This document shows positions 9,041 to 16,590 of a stretch of DNA of 47,185 nt, piece after piece; position 1 is the first letter of the stretch; each line of letters begins with the position of its first letter. The notes under the pieces are model-generated. The model ran no database searches and was not told the DNA's origin. It worked only from the letters and a program-made list of their open reading frames with translations. The DNA comes from an uncultured Spirochaetales bacterium (lineage in GTDB: Bacteria; Spirochaetota; Spirochaetia; Sphaerochaetales; Sphaerochaetaceae). The stretch spans positions 1-47,185 of the forward strand of contig CAMEXG010000001.1 of assembly GCA_945947045.1 (NCBI GenBank). Direction: 5' to 3'. The position numbers and the translations under genes were made by a program.

Positions 9041-9826
9041 ATGTTGATGTTCGTCTTTTCTATCGTAGTGTTGGTAGCAACTATCGTAGGGTCAATAAGT
9101 GGTATCGGAGGAGGAGTCCTAATCAAGCCTGTAATGGACGCTTCTTTCCCTCTTACTACTTCCCAAATCAGCTTTTTAAGTGGAACCACAGTCCTCACAA
9201 TGACCATCGTATCGCTCCTAAGAAGCAGAAAGGACTTGAAGCTTGATTTAAGGACCCTCATGTTAGCCATAGGCGGAGCTGTGGGGGGAATAATAGGAAA
9301 ACAAATCTTCGATGTAGTAAAAAAAGCAGCCGGCAACGACGCCTTTGTAGGTCTTGTACAGAATATCATCATGGTGCTATTAACAGGTGCCGTCTTTGTT
9401 TATACTCTGAAAAAAGCAACTATCAAGACGAAGAACCTCAAGAACCCTGTATTCTCTTTGATCGTAGGTTTATTCTTAGGAGTATTATCTTCATTCTTAG
9501 GAATCGGAGGAGGACCAATCAACCTTATGGTTCTCTCTTATATTTTCTCCCTTGATACAAAGAATTCAGCTCTCGCTTCCTTGTTTATCATATTCTTCTC
9601 ACAGCTCTTCTCTCTTGTTTCTTCTGTTGTGACAAATACAATCCCGACCTTTGACTGGCCTATGTTATTGATGATGATGGCATGTGCAGTAATAGGAAGC
9701 ACACTGGGAAGAATGTTCTCCAAAAAGATGGACAACAAGGCTGTAGATAAACTCTTTATGGCTCTTATGGCTGTAATCATCGCCCTCTCAATCTATAACT
9801 GCATCAAATTTGGAATAAGTCTTTGA
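9041..9826 (+). CDS. TauE/SafE (TSUP) family anion exporter/permease
   Basis: 261 aa, about 8 TM segments, duplicated G-rich motifs (SGIGGGVLIKP / LGIGGGPINL) typical of TSUP. Confidence 0.8.
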   Translation: MLMFVFSIVVLVATIVGSISGIGGGVLIKPVMDASFPLTTSQISFLSGTTVLTMTIVSLLRSRKDLKLDLRTLMLAIGGAVGGIIGKQIFDVVKKAAGNDAFVGLVQNIIMVLLTGAVFVYTLKKATIKTKNLKNPVFSLIVGLFLGVLSSFLGIGGGPINLMVLSYIFSLDTKNSALASLFIIFFSQLFSLVSSVVTNTIPTFDWPMLLMMMACAVIGSTLGRMFSKKMDNKAVDKLFMALMAVIIALSIYNCIKFGISL

Positions 9827-9845
9827 CGTTTTTCATGTTTCCATG

Positions 9846-9871
9846 GCCCTGTACCGTTGCAGGGCTTTTTT
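9846..9871 (+). terminator. rho-independent terminator after the TauE/SafE gene
   Basis: Stem GCCCTG / CAGGGC, 8-nt loop, then TTTTTT. Confidence 0.8.
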
Positions 9872-9910
9872 ATTTCACAAAAATAACATTAGTGATAAAA
9901 TAATATAGTT

Positions 9911-11032
9911 ATGGAAAATGCTTTTCAACTTCTTCATAGAAAAGAGAAAGATATGCTCCTTGATATTGTAAAGGAGAAGACGATATCACGAACAGAGCTA
10001 CAGAAAAAATCAGATTTAAAAGTTGCAAACTTCTACAATACAGTGGACGACCTTTTGAAATATAAGCTTATAAAAAAAGATGAAGTTATTGTTACAGGAA
10101 AAAAAGGAAGGCCATCAGAGATCCTTTCTTTGAATAAAAGATACTGCTATACTTTGTATATCCTCATTACTGGAGAAGGATATTATCTGGGAGTATGTGA
10201 TCTTGAAGGTAACATCAATGAAGGAGAGCGCAATAAGATTACAGATAATCTTCACCTTCCTCTATTTCTCAGTAATGTTGAAAAATACTTCAAAGAGAAA
10301 TCCTGCTCTTATAACATCCAATATGTTACACTTGTCACAGGAGTAAATCCCAAAAGAAAGGAAATTGCATTCTCTTCATTCTTCGGAGTAGATATTGAAG
10401 ATGAACTCTACAAAATTACATCTCTTCCCGTTTATTCAGACTCCATAGCCCGTGCTGCGGCTCTTGGCATTTATAATGAACGATATAGTCAAGAGCATGT
10501 ATCTCTCGCCTTCTTCAACCTCGGGACAGGTATTGGAGTCGGTCTAGTACATGCTATGATTCCTGAAGAGTTTTGGTATAAAAACAGAATAGCTATTGGA
10601 CACTGGGAAATGGATCCTAACGGAAGAAAATGCAGATGTGGCAAAAATGGTTGCTTGATAACTACTCTTGGCTGCAACGACATTATAAGAAATGCTTTGG
10701 AATACAAAGAAGAAGGCACACATTCTTCTCTCAATGAAGGAGCAGATGTCCTTGATCTAATAAATGCTGCAAATAGTGGAGACCCTTGTGCAACGAAAGC
10801 TCTTGATGAGGCTGCAGTCTCCTTTGTAAAAGCAATGAGAATCATTTATAGCATTGTAAATTTTGATATAGCATCAATTGGTGGTCAACTTTGTCATGGC
10901 AACACTTACTTCTATACAAAAGTAAAAGAAGAGATAAAAGGTCTCCCTTTTACATTAGATATAGAAGAAAACTATATTCAAAAGACCAGTAAAGGTATCT
11001 GTTATAGACTTCTATTAGAGCTTCTATCTTAA
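9911..11032 (+). CDS. ROK-family transcriptional regulator (wHTH plus ROK sugar-binding domain)
   Basis: 373 aa. N-terminal winged-helix-like segment and the ROK zinc motif CRCGKNGCL. No SD before the ATG, so the start is uncertain. Confidence 0.75.
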   Translation: MENAFQLLHRKEKDMLLDIVKEKTISRTELQKKSDLKVANFYNTVDDLLKYKLIKKDEVIVTGKKGRPSEILSLNKRYCYTLYILITGEGYYLGVCDLEGNINEGERNKITDNLHLPLFLSNVEKYFKEKSCSYNIQYVTLVTGVNPKRKEIAFSSFFGVDIEDELYKITSLPVYSDSIARAAALGIYNERYSQEHVSLAFFNLGTGIGVGLVHAMIPEEFWYKNRIAIGHWEMDPNGRKCRCGKNGCLITTLGCNDIIRNALEYKEEGTHSSLNEGADVLDLINAANSGDPCATKALDEAAVSFVKAMRIIYSIVNFDIASIGGQLCHGNTYFYTKVKEEIKGLPFTLDIEENYIQKTSKGICYRLLLELLS

Positions 11033-11040
11033 GAAAAACT

Positions 11041-11796
11041 ATGAAACACGTAATCGAAAACCAATTTTTAATTGCTACCATTGATTGCAAAGGAGCACAG
11101 CTTCTCTCTTTAAAATCTAAAGAAAATGGCAAAGAATATATATGGACAGGAGATGAAAGCATTTGGAAGTGGCACGCTCCTGTTTTATTTCCACAGTGCG
11201 GAAACTTTCCAAACGGTTATTTCTACAATGGGAATAATTACAAGCTTCCTATGCATGGTTTCCTTAGAGATGTAGAACATACTTATCAGAGAGATGGAGT
11301 CTATATTTTTACTTCAGAGAAAAGGGAAGATTATCCTTTCTCTTTTAAAGCCCAAACAACCTTTACACTTAATAAACATACACTTACTCATTCAATTACT
11401 ATCACAAATCCATCTTCCTATCCTATGCCCATGTCTCTTGGTTTTCATACAGGGTACTTAATTAAGTCTCCGCTTCTTATATTTGAGAATACTGAAGAAG
11501 AAGTAGGTGGAAGGAAGTTTAAGTGCAATGACGCGACTCTCTCAGAAACTAAGTTATATACAAAGATCAAGTCCAGACGAATCAATGTGGAAGGAGAAGA
11601 GGGAAAAAGAATGGCTGTCTCTTTCTCCGACTGCACTACCCTTGTTATTTGGAGTCCAAAGGGTGAAAGTCGAAATCTAGTATGCATCGAACCCCGCATA
11701 GATACTATTCCTTCTGGTACAAAAGAACCCTTTGCTATTATGTTAAAAGGAAATGAGAGTATTACTCTCTCTGAAAGCATTGAAATAATAGAATAA
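11041..11796 (+). CDS. aldose 1-epimerase (mutarotase) family protein, short LacX/YihR-like form
   Basis: 251 aa. PVLFPQCG... and LPMHGFLRD motifs of the galactose-mutarotase-like fold. Starts 8 nt after the ROK gene. Confidence 0.65.
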   Translation: MKHVIENQFLIATIDCKGAQLLSLKSKENGKEYIWTGDESIWKWHAPVLFPQCGNFPNGYFYNGNNYKLPMHGFLRDVEHTYQRDGVYIFTSEKREDYPFSFKAQTTFTLNKHTLTHSITITNPSSYPMPMSLGFHTGYLIKSPLLIFENTEEEVGGRKFKCNDATLSETKLYTKIKSRRINVEGEEGKRMAVSFSDCTTLVIWSPKGESRNLVCIEPRIDTIPSGTKEPFAIMLKGNESITLSESIEIIE

Positions 11797-11819
11797 AGCT
11801 ACAATTTTTATCTGAAAAT

Positions 11820-11839
11820 GGGCTGCAGTCACGCAGCCC
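11820..11839. terminator. hairpin between the convergent mutarotase gene and the LarA-like gene
   Basis: GGGCTGC AGTCAC GCAGCCC (7-bp GC-rich stem). Flanking U-tracts are weak on both strands. Confidence 0.55.
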
Positions 11840-11859
11840 AAGGTTTCACATTTGTTTTA

Positions 11860-13353
11860 TCAGTGCATCAAAGTAAAGTCACCTGCGTGGCCGTTTGTAC
11901 CATCATAGACTTCGCCTTTCATTGAGAGGTGTACTGCACCTGTCTTGAATGTCAGAGGAAGAGCAAGGATGTTAGGGTTCTCAGGAAGATACTTTCTCAT
12001 TGCATCTGAGAGTGCTTCCTCGAATGTAGCCCTGGTCTTTAGACCCATGCCTCTTGCGATTCCCGGTTCCCTTGCGCCAACGATGTAGATGGCGGAAGTA
12101 TTCATCTCAGCAATATGGCCGCAGCTCATCATAGAGAAGCCGTGGAACGGATGGAATGCGTTGCAGAAGCGATACTTTCTGATGTACTCCTCGTTTGTTG
12201 CGAAGTACTCGCCGTATCTGTTCATATCAGGGAGAACGTTGTTGTAGTCATGCTGGAACATATTGTAGAGCTCCCTGAGGTATGGCCATCTCTCGTCATG
12301 GAAGTAGCCGTCGCAGATTGTGGATACGATGAATACACATCGGTCCGACATAACTCTCTTGTGTCTGATTACCTGAGCAGACAAGGCCTGCATCATCTGG
12401 ATCGGGTTTGTCCCCATTCCGTTTCCATAGTGGAAGTTTGTAGGCATGCCGAATACAATGCAGTCATACTTCTTCTCTGCAAACGGTACATATGTACGCT
12501 TGTCGGCGCATGCCCAAGAGACTGGCTGCATCTCCTTAGCGTATCCTGAGAAGATCGCTATCTGGCGTGAGGACGAGTCAAGGACTGCGTCTACGCAGAA
12601 GAACTTTTTCCCCATCTTCTCTTCCATGTACATACCCTGCTCGTCGAACTTGTTTCTCATTGTGCTTGTCCCGGAAACAGGTGTGAAGTCCTTTCTATGC
12701 ATTACGGATGGAACATGGTGGGCTGCGATGCTCCTCCAGTGTGTGATGCCGCAGGAACAGTGCTTATATCCACCGCTGTATCCGCCGTATGGGTTACCAG
12801 ATGTGTGACCGATCATGATGGCTACATCGGAGTCATAGACATACTTGTTCATGATCACGTGGTCGCCGCCCTCTGTATATCCAAGGTCCACCAGGTGCTC
12901 ATAGTCTTCACTGTCGTGGCTTGTGAGGAGACCGTATGGATAGAACTCGTTGAAGAGCTCCTCTCCAAGAATCTGCTTCATCTCCTTCTCCGTTGCACGT
13001 GGATGGAGTCCATTTGAGATGATTAGGAGAATGTCCTTCTTCTCTACTCCTACACTATATAGTTCGTCCAGGATACAGCGCATCGCAACCTTTCTGTGGC
13101 TCGTCTTCTGGCATCCACCCTTTACGATGTCAGGGATGATGATGGTGACCTTGCTTCCCTTATGGGCAAGCTCAGTGATAGTAGGCATTCCGATTGGATT
13201 CCTGATGGAGTCCATAGTAGCCTTATACAGGGAGTCCCAGTCCTGAGGAAGTGGTTCCGGATCCTTCACTGTCTCTCCTGGGATAAATACGTCTGTGTAA
13301 TCTGGGAGCTCGGCAGCCATTGTGCCTTCGCCATACTCAAAATTCAACTTCAT
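11860..13353 (-). CDS. LarA-like nickel-pincer-cofactor-dependent racemase/epimerase family protein (DUF2088)
   Basis: 497 aa. By-eye alignment to L. plantarum LarA matches NGLHPR (His108 region), GHTSGNPYGGYSGGYK (His174, and the SGGxK Lys184 cofactor tether) and IAAHH (His200 Ni ligand). The ATGA start overlaps the upstream stop, and AGGAG is 6 nt upstream of the ATG. Confidence 0.75.
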   Translation of the reverse strand: MKLNFEYGEGTMAAELPDYTDVFIPGETVKDPEPLPQDWDSLYKATMDSIRNPIGMPTITELAHKGSKVTIIIPDIVKGGCQKTSHRKVAMRCILDELYSVGVEKKDILLIISNGLHPRATEKEMKQILGEELFNEFYPYGLLTSHDSEDYEHLVDLGYTEGGDHVIMNKYVYDSDVAIMIGHTSGNPYGGYSGGYKHCSCGITHWRSIAAHHVPSVMHRKDFTPVSGTSTMRNKFDEQGMYMEEKMGKKFFCVDAVLDSSSRQIAIFSGYAKEMQPVSWACADKRTYVPFAEKKYDCIVFGMPTNFHYGNGMGTNPIQMMQALSAQVIRHKRVMSDRCVFIVSTICDGYFHDERWPYLRELYNMFQHDYNNVLPDMNRYGEYFATNEEYIRKYRFCNAFHPFHGFSMMSCGHIAEMNTSAIYIVGAREPGIARGMGLKTRATFEEALSDAMRKYLPENPNILALPLTFKTGAVHLSMKGEVYDGTNGHAGDFTLMH

Positions 13354-14186
13354 TTGTTTTCTCCTAGATATGTCTTGATGATTTCGATGTATTCGTCTGG
13401 ATAGAATCCGATTTCACCCTTAAAACGAGTAAGAGCAATTAGACCTCCATCAATTTCATCGATTGAAGCAAGCATTTCTGCATTGTCAGTCTTTAAACCG
13501 CCACCGTAAACTACAGCCAGACCGTCAGTCTCTTTCTTTACAAGCTTTGCAACCTTTGTGATGTAAGGCTTATCTGCAGGAGTCTTACCAGGGCCAATGG
13601 ACCAAACAGGTTCATATGCAATAGCTACTCTCTCTTTATCTGCACCCTCGAGTCCGATAGAGAGCTGTTCTTTTAGAACTTCATCCCAGTTATCCAGCTC
13701 TGTATCCTTTTCTCCGATACAATACAAAACTTTAAGACCAGCATTTTGTGCAGCAAGAATCTCTTTATTGAGAATTCTATTGACAGCCTTTGTATCGACG
13801 ACACCAGCTTCAGCCAGGATCGCAGCAAGCTTATTTCTCTCTTCGCAATGACCGATAAGGGCATATGAGCAGCCGAAAGAAACAGCAGCATTTCCTGTAA
13901 GGGAAGTAGTGAATGCACCAAATGGTCCACCTACCTTTGTGTCTCCCCAGAAAAGTCCCTGTGTTCCTACTTCAATCGGGCTGTCTTCTGTCTTGGCAGA
14001 GCAGGCAGGAATAAGGTGTGCTTCAGGGAAGAACATTGCAAACTCAGTATCTTTGAAAGCCTTAAGCTGCTCCTGTGTATTCTTGACGATGAATGAACCC
14101 CATTCTTTCGGATCAGATATGGAGTTTACTCCTCCCTTCTCTCTTGGAATATCAAATCTTTTAAGGTTTAAGTAAATGTGCTTCAT
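13350..14186 (-). CDS. triosephosphate isomerase family protein (divergent paralog type)
   Basis: 278 aa. The catalytic set is retained: NLK (Asn/Lys), LIGHCEE (His/Glu), AYEPVWSIGPGK (Glu). The signature motifs differ from housekeeping TpiA. Confidence 0.8.
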   Translation of the reverse strand: MKHIYLNLKRFDIPREKGGVNSISDPKEWGSFIVKNTQEQLKAFKDTEFAMFFPEAHLIPACSAKTEDSPIEVGTQGLFWGDTKVGGPFGAFTTSLTGNAAVSFGCSYALIGHCEERNKLAAILAEAGVVDTKAVNRILNKEILAAQNAGLKVLYCIGEKDTELDNWDEVLKEQLSIGLEGADKERVAIAYEPVWSIGPGKTPADKPYITKVAKLVKKETDGLAVVYGGGLKTDNAEMLASIDEIDGGLIALTRFKGEIGFYPDEYIEIIKTYLGENK

Positions 14187-14195
14187 ACACTCTCC

Positions 14196-15353
14196 TTATC
14201 TAAAGATTGCAAAATCTGGATGACTACCCATAAGTGGATCACAATAAGCGAAGAATTCATCGGAAATCTTATTTGTACCTTCAATCCACTGGAGAGGGAA
14301 CTTCTTTTCCACGTTTGCTACATCACATAGAGGCACAAGATCAAGAGAGAACTTGAAGCCGTCGGTTCTATCAGCGACAATAGATACCATGCTTCCTGTC
14401 TTTCCTGCGGCGGCAGCTTCAACAGCCTTCTTTCCGACTGCATATGCTTCTTCTCTGTCTACGTCTGACTGGTATGCGATTGAAGTTCTACCTACCAATC
14501 CAGGCTTCTCACTTCTGGACTTAAGACCAATTTTGTCCATAATCTGACGTGAGATGAACTCGCCTACGCCTCCTGCGACCTTGTGACCGAAGCCGTCTAC
14601 AATTCCGGTGTCTGCAAGAGGATTTCCATCCAAGCCACAGAGACCTTCACTTACTGTAACAAGGCATCCTCTTCCCTTGGCATATGCCTTCTCGATATCA
14701 GAAAGCATAACATTTACATCCACAAGTTTCTCAGGAAGGTATGTCAAGACTTCACAATTTGTAACCCTTGCGGCCAAAGCAGAAGCAGCTGTAACCCAAC
14801 CTGCGTTTCTTCCCATAAGTTCCAGAACTACTACATGGATAGGAAGACCGTTTGCATCAAGGGCAAGCTCAGATGCGTTGATAGCGGCATAACGAGCTGC
14901 GGATCCAAAGCCTGGACAGTTATCTGTAAAAGCAAGGTCGTTGTCCATAGTCTTTGGTATTCCGATCACCTGAAGATCCAAGCCTTCTTTTTCTGCAAGG
15001 ATAGAAATCTTATTACAAGTATCCATACTATCGTTGCCACCGTTGTAGAAGAAAACACCGATGTCATTCTTCTTCATACACTCGATTACAGCGGGATAAT
15101 CCTTATCACTGAGCTTTCTTCTGCAGCTGCCGATGGCAGTTGCAGGAGTATGAGAAAGCTTACCTACAGTAGAAGACGGAATATTTGTCAAATCCAAAAG
15201 GTCATTCTTTAAGATTCCTTCGGCACCGAACTTAGCACCTAAAATCTTATTAAAGCCCCCGTTGATTCTAGCTGTTTCGATGACACCCTGAAGAGATGTA
15301 TTGATTACAGCTGTGGGACCGCCACCATGGGCGACAAGTATATTCTTTCCCAT
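14196..15353 (-). CDS. phosphofructokinase (PfkA) family sugar-phosphate 1-kinase, with a PPi-type signature
   Basis: 385 aa. GGNDSMDT, IGIPKTMDNDL and LMGRNAG motifs. The Asp in GGxDS and the Lys in PKTxDND are the classical PPi-PFK markers. Confidence 0.85.
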   Translation of the reverse strand: MGKNILVAHGGGPTAVINTSLQGVIETARINGGFNKILGAKFGAEGILKNDLLDLTNIPSSTVGKLSHTPATAIGSCRRKLSDKDYPAVIECMKKNDIGVFFYNGGNDSMDTCNKISILAEKEGLDLQVIGIPKTMDNDLAFTDNCPGFGSAARYAAINASELALDANGLPIHVVVLELMGRNAGWVTAASALAARVTNCEVLTYLPEKLVDVNVMLSDIEKAYAKGRGCLVTVSEGLCGLDGNPLADTGIVDGFGHKVAGGVGEFISRQIMDKIGLKSRSEKPGLVGRTSIAYQSDVDREEAYAVGKKAVEAAAAGKTGSMVSIVADRTDGFKFSLDLVPLCDVANVEKKFPLQWIEGTNKISDEFFAYCDPLMGSHPDFAIFR

Positions 15354-16510
15354 TAGATACCTGCCTTCTTATATCTTTCAGCCATTTCATCAAGTGTTAC
15401 ACATTCGATGAGAGGAGCCTTACCATAGGAACCGAACTGAATGATGAGGGAGCCTACAGCTTCCTTGACACCAGCTTCCATTCTCTCGAAAAGTAATCTT
15501 GTATCGTCATCATTGATGTTTCCATACATGACTGCATCCATTACTGGTGGCAGGAACACTCTTGGGTCGAAAGCAGATGGGTTCTTTACCATAAGTTCAT
15601 AAACAGGTCCGATAGAAGGACTATTCTTCAATGACGGCTTGTCTCTGAAGAGTTCACGGAAGTTTCTTGTAACAGCAAGGCGGATATCTGTATCAACGTT
15701 GATCTTTCCGATTCCACACTTGGCAACTTCCTGAAGCTGCTCGATCTTGATTCCATAAGCGTTCTGAACGTCTCCGCCAAGAGCGTTAATTTCCTTTACG
15801 ATATACTGAGGAACAGTTGAAGAACCATGGCTGACGAGAACACCGTCGATTCCTTCATGTCTCATGCACTCTTTTGTTGCAATAGCGATCTCTTTTCTGA
15901 TGACTGTGTTTGCGCCCTTATTTGCACCATGCTTTGTACCATAAGAGATGGCAAGAGCATCAACCTTTGTCTTCTTGAAGAATTCGATTGCATCCATTGG
16001 GTTTGTGTAAGTGCTTGTAGCAGCAAAGACATGGTCCTCGACACCTGCGAGAACTCCAAGTTCACCTTCTACTGTTACACCTCTTTCGTGTGCATATTTT
16101 ACGACTTCTCTTGTAAGCTCGATGTTTTCCTTGAAAGGAAGAGAAGAACCATCGATCATGACAGATGTATATCCACCTTCAATGGCAGCCTTACAAGAAT
16201 CGAAGTTCTTACCATGGTCAAGGTGAAGAGCAACAGGAATCGGGGAATCGACAGCATACTTCTTGACTGCCTCTGCAATGTTTCTTGCTCCAACTTTCTT
16301 GTCTTCAAGAGTTGCGTTCTGGAAGTCTGTCCTTCCACCCATGAAGCCGTTTGCAAGGTCTGCACCCTGAAGAATGGCTGCACTTCTGAACATTTCGTGG
16401 ACTTCAATGACTGCCTTTGCCTGAGCAACTGCGTTAACGTTGAATGCACCCTGAGCATAGCAATATTTGTCTGTTGCATCGAGGATGGCTTTCATAGGTA
16501 CTAATGACAT
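15353..16510 (-). CDS. class II (metal-dependent) fructose/tagatose-bisphosphate aldolase family protein
   Basis: 385 aa. The HLDHG, EGELG, YGTKHG and SHGSS metal/catalytic motifs are all present. AAGGAG RBS at 16519-16524. Confidence 0.85.
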   Translation of the reverse strand: MSLVPMKAILDATDKYCYAQGAFNVNAVAQAKAVIEVHEMFRSAAILQGADLANGFMGGRTDFQNATLEDKKVGARNIAEAVKKYAVDSPIPVALHLDHGKNFDSCKAAIEGGYTSVMIDGSSLPFKENIELTREVVKYAHERGVTVEGELGVLAGVEDHVFAATSTYTNPMDAIEFFKKTKVDALAISYGTKHGANKGANTVIRKEIAIATKECMRHEGIDGVLVSHGSSTVPQYIVKEINALGGDVQNAYGIKIEQLQEVAKCGIGKINVDTDIRLAVTRNFRELFRDKPSLKNSPSIGPVYELMVKNPSAFDPRVFLPPVMDAVMYGNINDDDTRLLFERMEAGVKEAVGSLIIQFGSYGKAPLIECVTLDEMAERYKKAGI

Positions 16511-16574
16511 CTTCTTATCTCCTTATTTAGATGTTTTTATGTAGGTTAAACCTCTAGTTTTTAGTTTATTTAAA

Positions 16575-16590
16575 TTATTTAATTAAATAA
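16575..16590. promoter_or_regulatory. perfect 16-bp palindrome TTATTTAATTAAATAA, a candidate operator overlapping the -10 of the aldolase operon
   Basis: Read directly; it is self-complementary and contains the half-site TAATTAAA shared with the dyads at 23624 and 31500. Confidence 0.45.

Noticed and set aside
15827-16504. Long antisense ORFs nested inside well-supported genes. Examples: 15827-16504 (+), 14583-15212 (+), 37150-37878 (+), 23786-24361 (+), 7960-8532 (+), 2028-2681 (-), 2632-3171 (-), 12115-12549 (+).
   Set aside because: Each lies entirely opposite a gene with strong family motifs. None has a convincing RBS. Their translations are Cys/Ser/Leu-rich or low-complexity with no recognisable motifs. 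This is typical shadow-frame behaviour in a codon-biased genome.
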